Positions 39,609 to 50,137 of a DNA stretch of 64,000 nucleotides are shown here, one piece after another; position 1 is the stretch's first letter; each line of letters begins with the position of its first letter. The position numbers and the translations under genes are program-made. The stretch is taken from NCBI GenBank assembly GCA_963666345.1, contig OY762721.1:736001-800000 (forward strand), in the 5' to 3' direction. The notes under the pieces were generated by a model. It was not told the DNA's origin, did no database searches, and saw only the letters and a program-made list of their open reading frames with translations. This stretch comes from Desulfatiglandales bacterium (lineage in GTDB: Bacteria > Desulfobacterota > DSM-4660 > Desulfatiglandales > Desulfatiglandaceae).

Positions 39609-40592
39609 ATGGATTTCATCCGACCGTCAAAGGATTTTCTGGTAAAACTTTCCAGGGATTGGGCAGGGACATGCCTGACCCTGTTCAGGGTAATGATACC
39701 TGTCATAATCATAGTCAAGGCCCTTAAGGAACTGAATCTAATAAGATATCTCACATTCTTCCTCGATCCCGTCATGGAACTTATAGGTCTTCCCGGTGAG
39801 ATGGGGATAGTCTGGGCCACTGCCATGGTAGACACCATATACGGTTCCATCATAGTATTGCTGTCTCTTAACGGCGGGACAATGCTTACAACCGCTCAGG
39901 TGACCATACTGGCCACGGTCGTACTGGTGGCTCACAGCCTCCCTGTAGAGCTGAAGATTGCCCAGAAATCAGGTCCCAAGCTGCCCTTTCAGGCCATATG
40001 CAGGCTGGGGTGCGCCTTTTTTATCGGATGGTTTTTAAACAGATTTTACTCTTATTTCGACCTGTTGCAGAATCCTTCAGTCAACCTGCTTAAACGCGAA
40101 ATCGCCTCAATTTCCGAAAAGGAATCGACCCTTGAGTGGGCACTTGGACAGGCCCGGACCTTGATATACATATCCATAGTAATCTTCGCCCTTCTGGGAT
40201 TCATGAGGATCCTTCAGAAAATAAAGGTGATCGATATGGTCAACAGGCTCCTCAGGCCCATCCTCAGGATAATCGGTATAGGACCCAAGGCGTCCACCAT
40301 TACAATCTTCGGTCTTTCGCTCGGCATCACATACGGAGGGGGGCTGATAATTCATGAGGCAAGAAACGGACATGTGAAAAAGGAGGACGTCTTTTTTTCT
40401 TTGACCCTCATGGGGATATCCCACAGTCTCATCGAAGACACACTGTTGATGGTAATGATAGGCGGGGATCTCTCCGGTATCCTATGGGCAAGGCTGATCT
40501 TCTCCCTTGTTTTTGTGTCTATCCTGGTGAGGACGGCGGCGCGCCTGCCGAGATCATTCTGTGAAAGGTATTTCTGGGGGGACCCCAGATAA
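39609..40592 (+). CDS. Nucleoside-recognition (Gate) domain membrane protein
   Basis: Multi-TM; GLPG, HSLPVE, YGGGLI, HSLIEDT. Confidence 0.75.
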   Translation: MDFIRPSKDFLVKLSRDWAGTCLTLFRVMIPVIIIVKALKELNLIRYLTFFLDPVMELIGLPGEMGIVWATAMVDTIYGSIIVLLSLNGGTMLTTAQVTILATVVLVAHSLPVELKIAQKSGPKLPFQAICRLGCAFFIGWFLNRFYSYFDLLQNPSVNLLKREIASISEKESTLEWALGQARTLIYISIVIFALLGFMRILQKIKVIDMVNRLLRPILRIIGIGPKASTITIFGLSLGITYGGGLIIHEARNGHVKKEDVFFSLTLMGISHSLIEDTLLMVMIGGDLSGILWARLIFSLVFVSILVRTAARLPRSFCERYFWGDPR

Positions 40593-40615
40593 AACCAGGA
40601 AACAGGACACAAATC

Positions 40616-41851
40616 CTACAGCCGGTAAACGGTCGGTTTTCCCTCTACATCTATGTCGATGCCTATAAAATCACCGGTCCTGAAGCCGTGCAATCTGAAA
40701 TCCTTTATGACCTCTTCATCTCTGTGCTCGAACCAGTATACCGCCCAGAGCGGGTTGCGGACAGTATCTATTCCGTAGGCATCGTGGCTGCACATGTTAA
40801 AGGTAATGTTTTGTCTTGCTATAAAGGTGTCTGATTCGGCGAGAAAGTAATCGATCTTATATGCGGCCTCCCTGAGTGCCCTTGACAGTGTCTTCTGCTG
40901 CTCAGGGGTATCGTCGAGATAATGATTCGCCACCTGGTAGAGATCGTCCGGCACCTCTATTGAAAGGCCCAGCACACCGAAACGCTCGTACCTCAAAGCG
41001 AAGTTTTCAAGCTCCTTTTCATAATCGGTTATGGTCTTCAGAACATCTTCAACCGTGGGCGCATCGCCTTCCGCTCCCAGGATCATATCCTCGCACCTGC
41101 TTATAACGTTTATATAGAAGGCGTGATTGTCCATCACGTAGATAGGCCTTTCACGGTAGTTCCTGCGCTTTCGTATCCTCTTCAACCCGTCAAGCCTTAT
41201 TGAACGCTCGCTTTCCTTCATTTCCAGCGTTTCGATGCTTGATATGTCCTTTGCCTGCACAACGTATATATCACCGTCTTCCGAGACTATAAATTCGATC
41301 TCGCATCTGAAACCGAGGAAATCCTGTATATCCTCCGACATCTGGAGAAGGCGTCTGTCATGAGGGGTCCGGGTGATGAACGGCTGGCCTTTCACCTTGT
41401 GGTTCCTGTCCTGACAGTACCCGAATTCCCAACTGTCACCCAGCATCTTTGCCATGACGCTTCTTCCCTCGATAAAGGGCATGACAATGACCCCCATCTC
41501 TTCAAGATCCAATTCAGGGGCATTGCTGAATCTCTGCTGGCGCATTACGGAAAGCCTGTTTGTCGACCCGGCAAAACTTATTATCCTCTTACGGGCGTAT
41601 ACTATCCCCCCGGTGTCCGCATATGTTTCAAGGGAATCAAAGGTACCCCCCTTAAAATATTCCTCACTGGGATGACCGCTTCTTGCGATGACCTTATAAC
41701 TCTCGGCACACTTGCTGAGAAAGCCTTCCAGTCTGTCAAATCTTTCTTCCCTGAAATCTTCGGCAGGGACATATATAAAATCCGGGACATTGAATTTCCC
41801 TTGCCTTAGTCTCTCAAGAAGTCTCGCCTTTTCCGGTAGATGCAATTCCAT
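40616..41851 (-). CDS. Hypothetical protein with PEP-synthase/PPDK-like ATP-grasp N-terminal domain
   Basis: EKA..L..FNVP, IARS, GGTFDS, EIEF..IYVVQAK; C-terminal half unrecognised. Confidence 0.6.
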   Translation of the reverse strand: MELHLPEKARLLERLRQGKFNVPDFIYVPAEDFREERFDRLEGFLSKCAESYKVIARSGHPSEEYFKGGTFDSLETYADTGGIVYARKRIISFAGSTNRLSVMRQQRFSNAPELDLEEMGVIVMPFIEGRSVMAKMLGDSWEFGYCQDRNHKVKGQPFITRTPHDRRLLQMSEDIQDFLGFRCEIEFIVSEDGDIYVVQAKDISSIETLEMKESERSIRLDGLKRIRKRRNYRERPIYVMDNHAFYINVISRCEDMILGAEGDAPTVEDVLKTITDYEKELENFALRYERFGVLGLSIEVPDDLYQVANHYLDDTPEQQKTLSRALREAAYKIDYFLAESDTFIARQNITFNMCSHDAYGIDTVRNPLWAVYWFEHRDEEVIKDFRLHGFRTGDFIGIDIDVEGKPTVYRL

Positions 41852-42157
41852 TTCTCCTTACACGTTATTCATTCGGAAATAATAGATCCGTGAACAGGGT
41901 ATCCAGGGACCGGCCGAAATATTTCAAAACGGACCCGGGGTAGACCTTACAAAAATAAATAATCATCACTATTATGTCACAGCCTGTTATCCTCCCCAGA
42001 AACATTATGTATTTTTTGTAATAATTCAAGCCCCTGAACAGGCACTCCGGTTAGAGAACCCTTTTTTATATTGCATGAGACTCTTAACTGTTTATTTTAT
42101 AATATTGAGAAAATTTATATCTCCGAGTTTCACCTCTCTTCGCTAAAGGTTCCTTAA

Positions 42158-43192
42158 ATGCATAAAGGCCCCTCTATTAATAATGCAACGGCATATAAGA
42201 CGACCGATATTGTCCTTTCCGGGGATATCGGAGGGACAAAGACAAACCTGGCCCTGTTTTCAAGGGGAAAAACAAGACCTGTGCTTAAGTTTTTTCAAAC
42301 CTATCCCAGCAGGAAATATTTATCCCTTGAAAAAATTATAGAGGAATTTCTTCCGGTTAACCCCCGATCTTTAGCCATGGCCTGTCTTGGTATTGCAGGG
42401 CCGGTGATGGACGGAAAGGTAAAAACAACGAATCTTCCATGGGAGATCTCCGAGACCAGGATCATGGAAAAGTTCGGCTTCGGCAAGGCCAAACTCATAA
42501 ATGACCTGACCGCGACCGCTCTGTCCGTCCCGCTTCTGAAACATAAGGATACGGTTTATCTTAACAGGGTCAGGGCGTCAAAAAACGGCAATATCGTTGT
42601 CCTGGCCCCCGGCACCGGCACGGGAGTGGCTTTTCTCTTTAATGACAACGGCCGATACGAAGCATTACCCTCCGAGGGAGGACACGCGGACCTTGCCTCC
42701 CTTACTCAAAACCAGGATGATCTTATAAGATATCTGAGAAATCGATATGGCCGCGTAAGCATGGAAAGAGTCATTTCAGGCAACGGTCTTATCAACATCT
42801 ACGACTGGCTGAAAGAAACAGGACGTTTCAGAGAGCCTGAGGCCTTAAAAGAGCTTCTTGAAAATGGAGACCCTGCAGAGATTATTTCAAAAAACGCCAT
42901 TGACAACAGATATGCCATATGCACCGAAGCCTTGAGGGAATTTGTCTCCATCCTGGGTGCCGCAGCCGGGAATCTCGCCCTTACGGTAATGGCATTGGGA
43001 GGTGTCTATCTGGGTGGGGGCATACCGCCCAAGATCATCCCAGCGCTTTCACAGGGCGCCTTCATGGAATCCTTTGAATATAAGGGTCGTTTCAGTGGAC
43101 TGATGAAGAAAATACCCGTACGGATAATCGTAAACAACAGGGCCGCCCTTTACGGAGCAGCCTGCAGGGCCCTTGAACTTACAGGTTCATGA
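42158..43192 (+). CDS. glk: Glucokinase
   Basis: GDIGGTKT, AGPV, TNLPW, IND, PGTGTG, SEGGH, ERVISG, GGVYLGGGI. Confidence 0.93.
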   Translation: MHKGPSINNATAYKTTDIVLSGDIGGTKTNLALFSRGKTRPVLKFFQTYPSRKYLSLEKIIEEFLPVNPRSLAMACLGIAGPVMDGKVKTTNLPWEISETRIMEKFGFGKAKLINDLTATALSVPLLKHKDTVYLNRVRASKNGNIVVLAPGTGTGVAFLFNDNGRYEALPSEGGHADLASLTQNQDDLIRYLRNRYGRVSMERVISGNGLINIYDWLKETGRFREPEALKELLENGDPAEIISKNAIDNRYAICTEALREFVSILGAAAGNLALTVMALGGVYLGGGIPPKIIPALSQGAFMESFEYKGRFSGLMKKIPVRIIVNNRAALYGAACRALELTGS

Positions 43193-43229
43193 TTATAATG
43201 AACGCTTATATCAACCATAGGAGGTAATT

Positions 43230-43862
43230 ATGGATTTCAAGGATGTTGTCACCGGGAGGCGGGCGGTCAATTTTTTCGACACGAAAAAGGAAGTGCCTGA
43301 AGAGCTTTTGAGGAAGATGGTGGATCTGGCCTCCAAGGCGCCATCGAGCTTCAATCTGCAACCCTGGAGCATTATCGTCCTGAGGAAACAGGATGAAAAG
43401 ATGAGACTCAGAAAGCATGCCTGGGACCAGCCCAAGGTTAGTGAAGCACCTGTGGTCCTGATATTGCTTGCTGACAGAAACGGATGGCGGGAGGGGCATC
43501 CCTTTGTGGAGAAAAATTTCGGCGAGATGGTAAAGGCGGGCAGCATGAAACAGGAGCAGAGGGACTGGTTCCTGAATGCCTGCAGGGCTCTATACGGTGA
43601 AAACCCTGAAAAGCAGCAGGCCTTTGCCTGTAAAAATACCGCATTTTTCGCCATGTCCCTCATGTTCGCGGCCAAGCACCTGGGACTGGACACTCATCCC
43701 ATGGACGGATTCGACCACGATGCGGTAAGAGATGAGTTCGATATCCCTCAAAACTACTGGATACCCCTTCTTCTGGCCGTGGGATACTTTGACGATACCA
43801 AGTCGCTTCATCCTCCCAAATGGAGGAAGGGGTTTGACGAGATAGTTGTAAGATTCGATTGA
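43230..43862 (+). CDS. Nitroreductase family protein
   Basis: RRAVNFFD, APSSFNLQPW, GLDTHPMDGFD. Confidence 0.92.
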   Translation: MDFKDVVTGRRAVNFFDTKKEVPEELLRKMVDLASKAPSSFNLQPWSIIVLRKQDEKMRLRKHAWDQPKVSEAPVVLILLADRNGWREGHPFVEKNFGEMVKAGSMKQEQRDWFLNACRALYGENPEKQQAFACKNTAFFAMSLMFAAKHLGLDTHPMDGFDHDAVRDEFDIPQNYWIPLLLAVGYFDDTKSLHPPKWRKGFDEIVVRFD

Positions 43863-44024
43863 GGCGAGATAAACCGCTGACAACTCTTTTACATTGTACA
43901 TTACGTGTTTTTTTTATTTATATTACAATAATTAAAGCAATCCCGCTGAAGCGGGACAGGCGATGCCTTGATGGTGGATCAGGGCTTGTGCGAAAAGGAA
44001 TAACCCCAGACAGGAGGAAAAGAT

Positions 44025-44816
44025 ATGAGTGCCGGAATAAGTTATTTTTTGACGACTTATGGTTTAAAGGTGATAGGTGCGATCATCATACTGATTCTAG
44101 GTAGAGTCGCGGCGGGAATGGGTAAAAACATCATCGAAAAAATGCTCAGAAAATCCAAGCAGGACGATGCCTTAACCTCTTTTATCGGAAGCATTGTCTA
44201 CATCCTTATCCTCACGTTTGCCGTTATTGCGGCCCTTGCAAAGTTCGGGATCCAGACCGCATCATTCGTGGCGGTCCTGGGCGCGGTAGGTTTTGCCGTC
44301 GGATTTGCGCTTCAGGGCTCCCTTTCAAATTTCGCAGCAGGAGTCATGATCCTCATATTCAGGCCTTTCAGGCTGGGGGATTTTGTGACTGCGGGAGGTG
44401 TAACAGGCGCGGTAAAGGAGATAGGAATATTTACCACCATCTTTAATACCCCGGATAATGTAAAGGTAATCGTGCCGAACGGAAAACTGTTCGGTGATGT
44501 CATCAAAAACTTTTCCTCTTATGACACCAGAAGGATAGATCTGGTTATAGGTATCGGATATGGATCGGACATAGGTAAGGCTATCGAAGTGATCAAAAAG
44601 GTCTTTGATGAGAACGACCAGGTATTGGCGGATCCCGCGCCCCAGATCGCCGTATCGGAACTGGCCGATTCAAGCATCAATCTCGTTGTCAGGCCCTGGG
44701 TCAATAACGCAAATTACTGGCCCAGCAGGTTCGAATTGACCAGGAAGATAAAAGAGGCCCTTGATCAAAACGGCATAGAGATACCATTTCCTCAAATGGT
44801 TGTGCATAAGGATTGA
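44025..44816 (+). CDS. mscS: Small-conductance mechanosensitive channel
   Basis: GFAVGFALQGSLSNFAAG, RPFRLGD, PN, IEIPFPQ. Confidence 0.93.
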   Translation: MSAGISYFLTTYGLKVIGAIIILILGRVAAGMGKNIIEKMLRKSKQDDALTSFIGSIVYILILTFAVIAALAKFGIQTASFVAVLGAVGFAVGFALQGSLSNFAAGVMILIFRPFRLGDFVTAGGVTGAVKEIGIFTTIFNTPDNVKVIVPNGKLFGDVIKNFSSYDTRRIDLVIGIGYGSDIGKAIEVIKKVFDENDQVLADPAPQIAVSELADSSINLVVRPWVNNANYWPSRFELTRKIKEALDQNGIEIPFPQMVVHKD

Positions 44817-44836
44817 AGGGAACCTTTCAGATAACC

Positions 44837-45391
44837 ATGTGCCGGATAAAATCCAAAAAAAAAGGACGCTGCCTCTTCGCTTTGACCTCTCCGCTCCTTT
44901 TCATGTTTTTCTTTTGTTCACTCGCTTATCCCGGCGGTCCTGTGAATAATGAAAAAAGGCACAGGAAGATTCTCAAGATGTATTCGCAATACAAGGATCG
45001 ATCCTTTCCATCCGTATATGATCTTTCCCCTGAACAGGTGTTCAAGATAATGAAAAGGCTTGAGGTTGTCTTTTTGGATATTAGAGGATCTGAAGAGCAG
45101 GCCGTTTCAATGATAAAGGGGGCTATTACCGAGGCCCAATTTTTTGACGAGCTGGATTCATACAAAAACCGGACAGTTATAGCCTACTGCACCATCAGCT
45201 ACAGGAGCGGCATACTTGTGGAAAAATTAGGGAAAAAGGGAATTCACATCATAAACCTGAGAGGGGGGTTGCTTGCCTGGGTACATGCAGGCGGCAGGCT
45301 GCACAAAAACGGAAAAGAGGTCAAAAAGCTGCACGTCTACGGCAGGAAATGGGATCTGGCGCCTGCCGGATATGAAAGCCTGATGTTCTAG
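44837..45391 (+). CDS. Exported rhodanese-like protein (start uncertain)
   Basis: Hydrophobic N-terminus; LDIR..E..VSMIKGA, YCTISYRS, NLRGGLLAW. Confidence 0.82.
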   Translation: MCRIKSKKKGRCLFALTSPLLFMFFFCSLAYPGGPVNNEKRHRKILKMYSQYKDRSFPSVYDLSPEQVFKIMKRLEVVFLDIRGSEEQAVSMIKGAITEAQFFDELDSYKNRTVIAYCTISYRSGILVEKLGKKGIHIINLRGGLLAWVHAGGRLHKNGKEVKKLHVYGRKWDLAPAGYESLMF

Positions 45392-45396
45392 GATTT

Positions 45397-46067
45397 CTAT
45401 CCGGGGCCCCTTCTGCCGTAATAGTCTTTATAGTATGCCATGCCGCAGGCTTTTGCCCTCAGGTTGTTTAAATGACTTATCAGTATATTTTCCGTTCCAC
45501 CGGTCTTGAACTTCATGCCCATCGCGCCCCCCCTGCGGCGAAACGGTTTGCGTTCAAGGCGGAGATAATCCGGCTGACAGCGCCCCTGTCCAGGGAACAC
45601 TCGGCATGCAATATGACGATTGCGCCCCCTTTTGCCCTTTTGGTCCCTTCTGCAATCTGAAGCCCTCTTCCCTTCGGGCCTTCAATAATATTGACATCGT
45701 ATCCGGCCGCCTTTCCGAGCGTGCCGTCCCTTGAGCCCCCGTCCCAGAGGTACCTGGAATAATCATCCTCAAGAACAGGAGTGGAGCCTATAAGGGAAAG
45801 CCTCATTATCAGGCCTAAAAAAAGGATCAGAATATGACCGCGAAAACTTATTGGTAAGTCCTTGTGGCGGAAAATGAAGAAAAGATACATCCCTGCCGCC
45901 GTGATCATTATGGCGATTGCCTCAAGTATCGGCTTTTCAAGGTCCTCCGTATCATATGCAAATGCACCTGAGATAAATGAAAAAGTGCACATGCAGACGC
46001 ACAGCCCGGTGCCTGCAAGTAACAAAAAGGCGGGCAGTATCTTGTCGTTTTGGGTGTTCTTTTTCAA
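45397..46067 (-). pseudogene. Chimeric glycosyltransferase remnant (membrane GT N-terminus fused to a GT2/TIGR04283-like fragment, frameshifted)
   Basis: LEDDYSRYLWDG joined to GSRDGT..GRGLQ..ILHAE..AAGGA, then frameshift into MGMKF..LNNLRA. Confidence 0.65.
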
Positions 46068-46503
46068 AACACACTCCGTTTACGCAATAGGCGCGGAGGG
46101 TTCAGGCAAAGGCTGAAAATAGGGGCCTGTTTTTTATGGACAGGGACAATTTTAAAACCTATCTGAAAAAGCCTTGTTTTTCTCAGATTTAATTGCAGGA
46201 CAGTCTTAAAGGACCCGAGGGGTCAGGGATTCAGGGGTTTATTTGACCCACTTATTCTGCCCGATGCATTTCAACCGCCAGGCATATGATCCGGAAGTAT
46301 AACGCGACTTTCTATTTTTGGCCAAATCATATCAAACACAATATACTTAACGGCCTTTTGCTCGACTTTTCTTTCGAAGGTCCGGCTTTTTATTGGTGAT
46401 TTTCATTAAAACAGGTTATAGCAGACAGCATTAACAGCTATAGCCAGGCCCGAACATTCGGAGCACTAAAGATCTACCAACCTAAATTAATAAGAACATT
46501 ATA

Positions 46504-47079
46504 ATGGCAAAGGATAGATACAGTAATTTTGATGAATTAAGAAAATATGAGACACTTCATAAGGACTATAGGATCTCCACCAGCGACCTGGGGTCCGACA
46601 TAACCATTATAGCTCCTCATGGAGGAAAAATCGAGCCAAGGACATCGGACATTGCAAGGGAAGCGGCAAAAGGCAGATATAATTTTTATTCCTTTGAAGG
46701 TATAAAAGGCGTGAATAATGGATCGCTTCATATAACCAGCCACAATTTTGATGAGCCTGAGGCCCTCGAATTGTTATCCAGATCAAGTTCGGTTATTGCA
46801 ATCCATGCCTGTACCGGCAACGAGTCTCTGGTCTATCTGGGAGGCCTTGACAAAGAGCTGGAGGCGATCATAGCTGAAGAATTGGAAGACAGGGGAATAG
46901 ATATCTCAAAAGGGCATACCGGGTATAAGGGATTGCGCCCTGAAAATATCTGCAATCGCTCCGCGACAAACAAAGGGGTTCAGCTTGAAATAACCCGTGA
47001 CCTCAGAGATGACCCTCAAAAGGTCCACCTCATTTGTGAGGCGATACGGGCTGCCTTGGCCAAAATATCCCGAGATTAA
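46504..47079 (+). CDS. Poly-gamma-glutamate hydrolase family protein (DUF867/YjqB-like)
   Basis: DRYSNF, APHGGKIEP.TS, LHITSHNFDEP, IH, NICNR, GVQLEI. Confidence 0.85.
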   Translation: MAKDRYSNFDELRKYETLHKDYRISTSDLGSDITIIAPHGGKIEPRTSDIAREAAKGRYNFYSFEGIKGVNNGSLHITSHNFDEPEALELLSRSSSVIAIHACTGNESLVYLGGLDKELEAIIAEELEDRGIDISKGHTGYKGLRPENICNRSATNKGVQLEITRDLRDDPQKVHLICEAIRAALAKISRD

Positions 47080-47236
47080 TAAATATACTAACCTGTTAAT
47101 ATAAGAGGATATGAAACAGACGGCAAGGGATCTACAATTTCCACATCAGGCAATTGTATTTCCTGAAAGTTATCAGGCATGAGGCCTGTTTATCCGTTCA
47201 GGCCTCATGCCCAACATTAAAAGAGGAGGTTCAAGT

Positions 47237-48199
47237 ATGGTCCAAGAAATTACAGCACAGGAACTTAACACCGAACAATTCATAGAGGAAAAGGTCAAGG
47301 CGGTCAAGGAGGCCGCAGGGGAAACAACCGCGATAAACGCCCTTTCAGGAGGGGTTGACTCTTCCGTCGTGACAATGCTGGGGCACCTCGCACTTGGCAA
47401 TAAGCTAAGGACAGTTATTATCGAAAATGGCCTGATGCGCCAGGGAGAGCCTGAGCGGGTCTTGGAGCTTTTTCAAAATCTTGGTGTCGCAGTTGAGATA
47501 GTGGACGCACGCAAGGAGTTCTTCTCCGCCCTTGAGGGAATCACAGACCCTGAACAGAAACGCGAGGCGGTCACTCAGACCTTTTATAAAGAGATATTCG
47601 GCCGCATCGTCAGGGAAAGCGGGGCAAAGTGTCTTTTGCAGGGAACCATCCTTACCGATATCGACGAGACCGTCGCGGGAATCAAGCGTCAGCACAATGT
47701 GTTTGCGCAGCTCGGCATCGACCCGCAGGCAACCTTCGGCTACCGGATAATCGAGCCGCTCATTCAGCTCAGAAAGGACGGGGTCAGAAAGGTTGGAAAG
47801 GCCGTGGGGCTGCCTGACGAACTCTTTGATCGTATTCCCTTTCCCGGGCCTGCACTGGCAGCGCGTGTCATAGGGGCAATTACCCCTGAACGCCTGGACA
47901 CGGTCCGCAAGGCGACCGTTATAGTGGAAACATACCTGAAGGATACCTCTGCGTTCCAGTACATGGCGATCCTTCATGAAGACCGCGTGACAGGGATGCG
48001 GGATCACAAGCGGGACTTCGGCCAGCAGATTGAGATTCGCTGCTGGGACAGTGTGGACGCCAGGACGGCAACGCCGACAAGACTGCCTTATGACATGCTT
48101 GAGAATATGGCAGGCGATATTATAGACAGCGTCCCGGGTATCGTCAGCGTCACTTACAACATAGCCTCCAAGCCCCCCTCTACGATAGAGGCGATCTAG
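47237..48199 (+). CDS. Stand-alone GMP synthase ATP-pyrophosphatase (B) subunit-like protein
   Basis: ALSGGVDSSV, DPEQKR, LLQGT, IKRQHNV, PFPGPALA.R, KPPSTIE; no GATase domain; GAGGAGG RBS. Confidence 0.85.
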   Translation: MVQEITAQELNTEQFIEEKVKAVKEAAGETTAINALSGGVDSSVVTMLGHLALGNKLRTVIIENGLMRQGEPERVLELFQNLGVAVEIVDARKEFFSALEGITDPEQKREAVTQTFYKEIFGRIVRESGAKCLLQGTILTDIDETVAGIKRQHNVFAQLGIDPQATFGYRIIEPLIQLRKDGVRKVGKAVGLPDELFDRIPFPGPALAARVIGAITPERLDTVRKATVIVETYLKDTSAFQYMAILHEDRVTGMRDHKRDFGQQIEIRCWDSVDARTATPTRLPYDMLENMAGDIIDSVPGIVSVTYNIASKPPSTIEAI

Positions 48200-48379
48200 C
48201 GACGATTTGCAGACACGGGAAAGCTCTCACCTTTATTCATGCCTATTGGATATAAGGTTCAGCCGAACTTATCTATATTACTTCCTGCCGGTGCCGGACA
48301 GGAACAAAAACCAAGGCACCGGCAGGCCTCAGCATAAGAAACAGCAGGCCCTGTCGCACAGACTACTTTCCTGCCATCC

Positions 48380-48703
48380 GTCTCAAGGCGTCGGCGATAT
48401 GCCCGGCCGAAGCCATGTTTATCGAACAAGTATCTCTGCGTTGTCACTTCGCCGAAGCGGTCAGGGACCCCCCAGCCGCTTGAGCCAGCGTGGTTGATCT
48501 GCACTAAGGGCCTCGCACGCCGCACTGCCAAAGCCTCCTACCGTATTCCGGTTTTCAACCGTAACCACCCCGCCTGTCTTTGAAGCCGATTTAGCACAAG
48601 GGTTTCCAACGTCAAAAGGCTTTACCGAGCTGTAATGGATTAATTCTACGCTGATGTTCTCCGCCTCCGGTTTTCTTGCCGCATCAAAAGAAAATTTCGT
48701 CAT
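48380..48703 (-). pseudogene. Frameshifted transketolase C-terminal-domain fragment
   Basis: SSVKPFD..VVTVEN..GGFGSA..LKRLG / GVPDRFGEV in two frames; no N-terminal part. Confidence 0.7.
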
Positions 48704-48790
48704 ATATCCGGTTGAAAACAGGCCTCAGCCCCAGCCCGTTTACGCCCGCTTGAGACCAATTGGACAGGGCCTGACAGATATGACAAATAA

Positions 48791-48806
48791 ATGAAACCCA
48801 TTTCAT
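48791..48806. promoter_or_regulatory. Auxiliary LacI-type operator
   Basis: atgaaacccatttcat, 14/16 match to the site at 49039. Confidence 0.6.
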
Positions 48807-49038
48807 TTAAAGAAGTCCTTTTCCATAAAGCATAAAAACACAGACCACAAACAAATTTAAAAAAACATTTTGCCTTTATTTTAAAATCAGGGGCATATGA
48901 ATCATAGAGAAATTAACACCTTATAAATACTATGCTTTTTATGTCAAATCAGACATAAAAGATCTTTTAGCATAAAAAAATGCAATGGAAATATTTTTTC
49001 CCAAAAAGATCTTGACACTGAAAAATATTTAAATAATT

Positions 49039-49054
49039 ATGAAACCGGTTTCAT
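49039..49054. promoter_or_regulatory. LacI-type operator (perfect palindrome) downstream of TTGACA at 49012
   Basis: atgaaaccggtttcat with central CG, upstream of the LacI gene. Confidence 0.8.
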
Positions 49055-49120
49055 TAAGTTATCGGACTGTTCATATTTTGCCTTTAATCAAACACCTTAA
49101 CGACTAGAGAGGTGTTAGCC

Positions 49121-50137
49121 GTGGCAATCACCATAACAGAGCTAAGCAAGATCACCGGAGTAAGTCGTTCGACCATCTCCAGGGTCTTGAACAGGCCCCA
49201 CCTGGTAAAACAAGAAACACGCGATCGTGTCCTCAAGGCATTAAAGGACAACAATTACGTCTACAATGCCCTGGCAGGGGGATTGACAAAGAGAAAGACA
49301 GCAACGATCGCAGTCATCCTTCCAACAATTACCAATCCGGTCTTCGCGCTTTCCACAAAAGGTATTCAGGACAAGGCACAAAAACGGGGTTATTCGATAC
49401 TGCTGGGAAGCACGAATTACTCAGGAAAATCGGAATTCAAGCTCTTGACGTTATTTCATGAGAAAAGAATTGATGGAATAGTGTTCACAGGAACCCCCTT
49501 GAGCAAAGAATCGATAGAAATGACCTCACGCTTTGAAATTCCATATGTCATCACCTGGGAAAAATCTGATGAACAGGGTGTTTCCTATGTGGCATTTGAT
49601 AACAAAAAATGCGGTTTCAACGTCACCGAATACCTGATTTCTCTGGGACACAGGCATATAGGCATGATCGCGGGAAAATTCAGTGAGACATCCAGGGCCA
49701 GCAAACGCTGGTTGGGGTATAAAGAGGCCCTCAGCATGAATAGCATCAATTATGACGAAAGTATCGTCATTCAAAAGGGTTACTCAGTGACAAACGGCAA
49801 GGAAGCCGCCGGAAGGCTGCTTCGTGCGCCCGAACGACCCACAGCCATTGTTTGCGCAAACGACATCCTAGCCATAGGTGCCATGGCGGCGGCCAAAGAA
49901 ATGGGCTTAAAGGTCGGGGTAGACGTTTCGATAACCGGATTTGACGATCTTGAGGTTTCCGAAGCTCTTAATCCGTCCCTTACCACTTTTAAAATTCCTG
50001 CATACCGTATGGGGAAAATAGCCGCCCAGGTACTTATTGAAACTATTGAAGGGGAAATCAATGAGCCCCAGCAATACTTGCTGGAACCCAGTCTGGTCAT
50101 TAGAGATTCAACCGGGCAAGCCAAAGAAGTCGAATAG
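49121..50137 (+). CDS. LacI-family regulator (HpsR-like by context)
   Basis: GVSRSTISRVLN HTH; NDILAIG, SITGFDD, PSLTT. Confidence 0.93.
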   Translation: MAITITELSKITGVSRSTISRVLNRPHLVKQETRDRVLKALKDNNYVYNALAGGLTKRKTATIAVILPTITNPVFALSTKGIQDKAQKRGYSILLGSTNYSGKSEFKLLTLFHEKRIDGIVFTGTPLSKESIEMTSRFEIPYVITWEKSDEQGVSYVAFDNKKCGFNVTEYLISLGHRHIGMIAGKFSETSRASKRWLGYKEALSMNSINYDESIVIQKGYSVTNGKEAAGRLLRAPERPTAIVCANDILAIGAMAAAKEMGLKVGVDVSITGFDDLEVSEALNPSLTTFKIPAYRMGKIAAQVLIETIEGEINEPQQYLLEPSLVIRDSTGQAKEVE

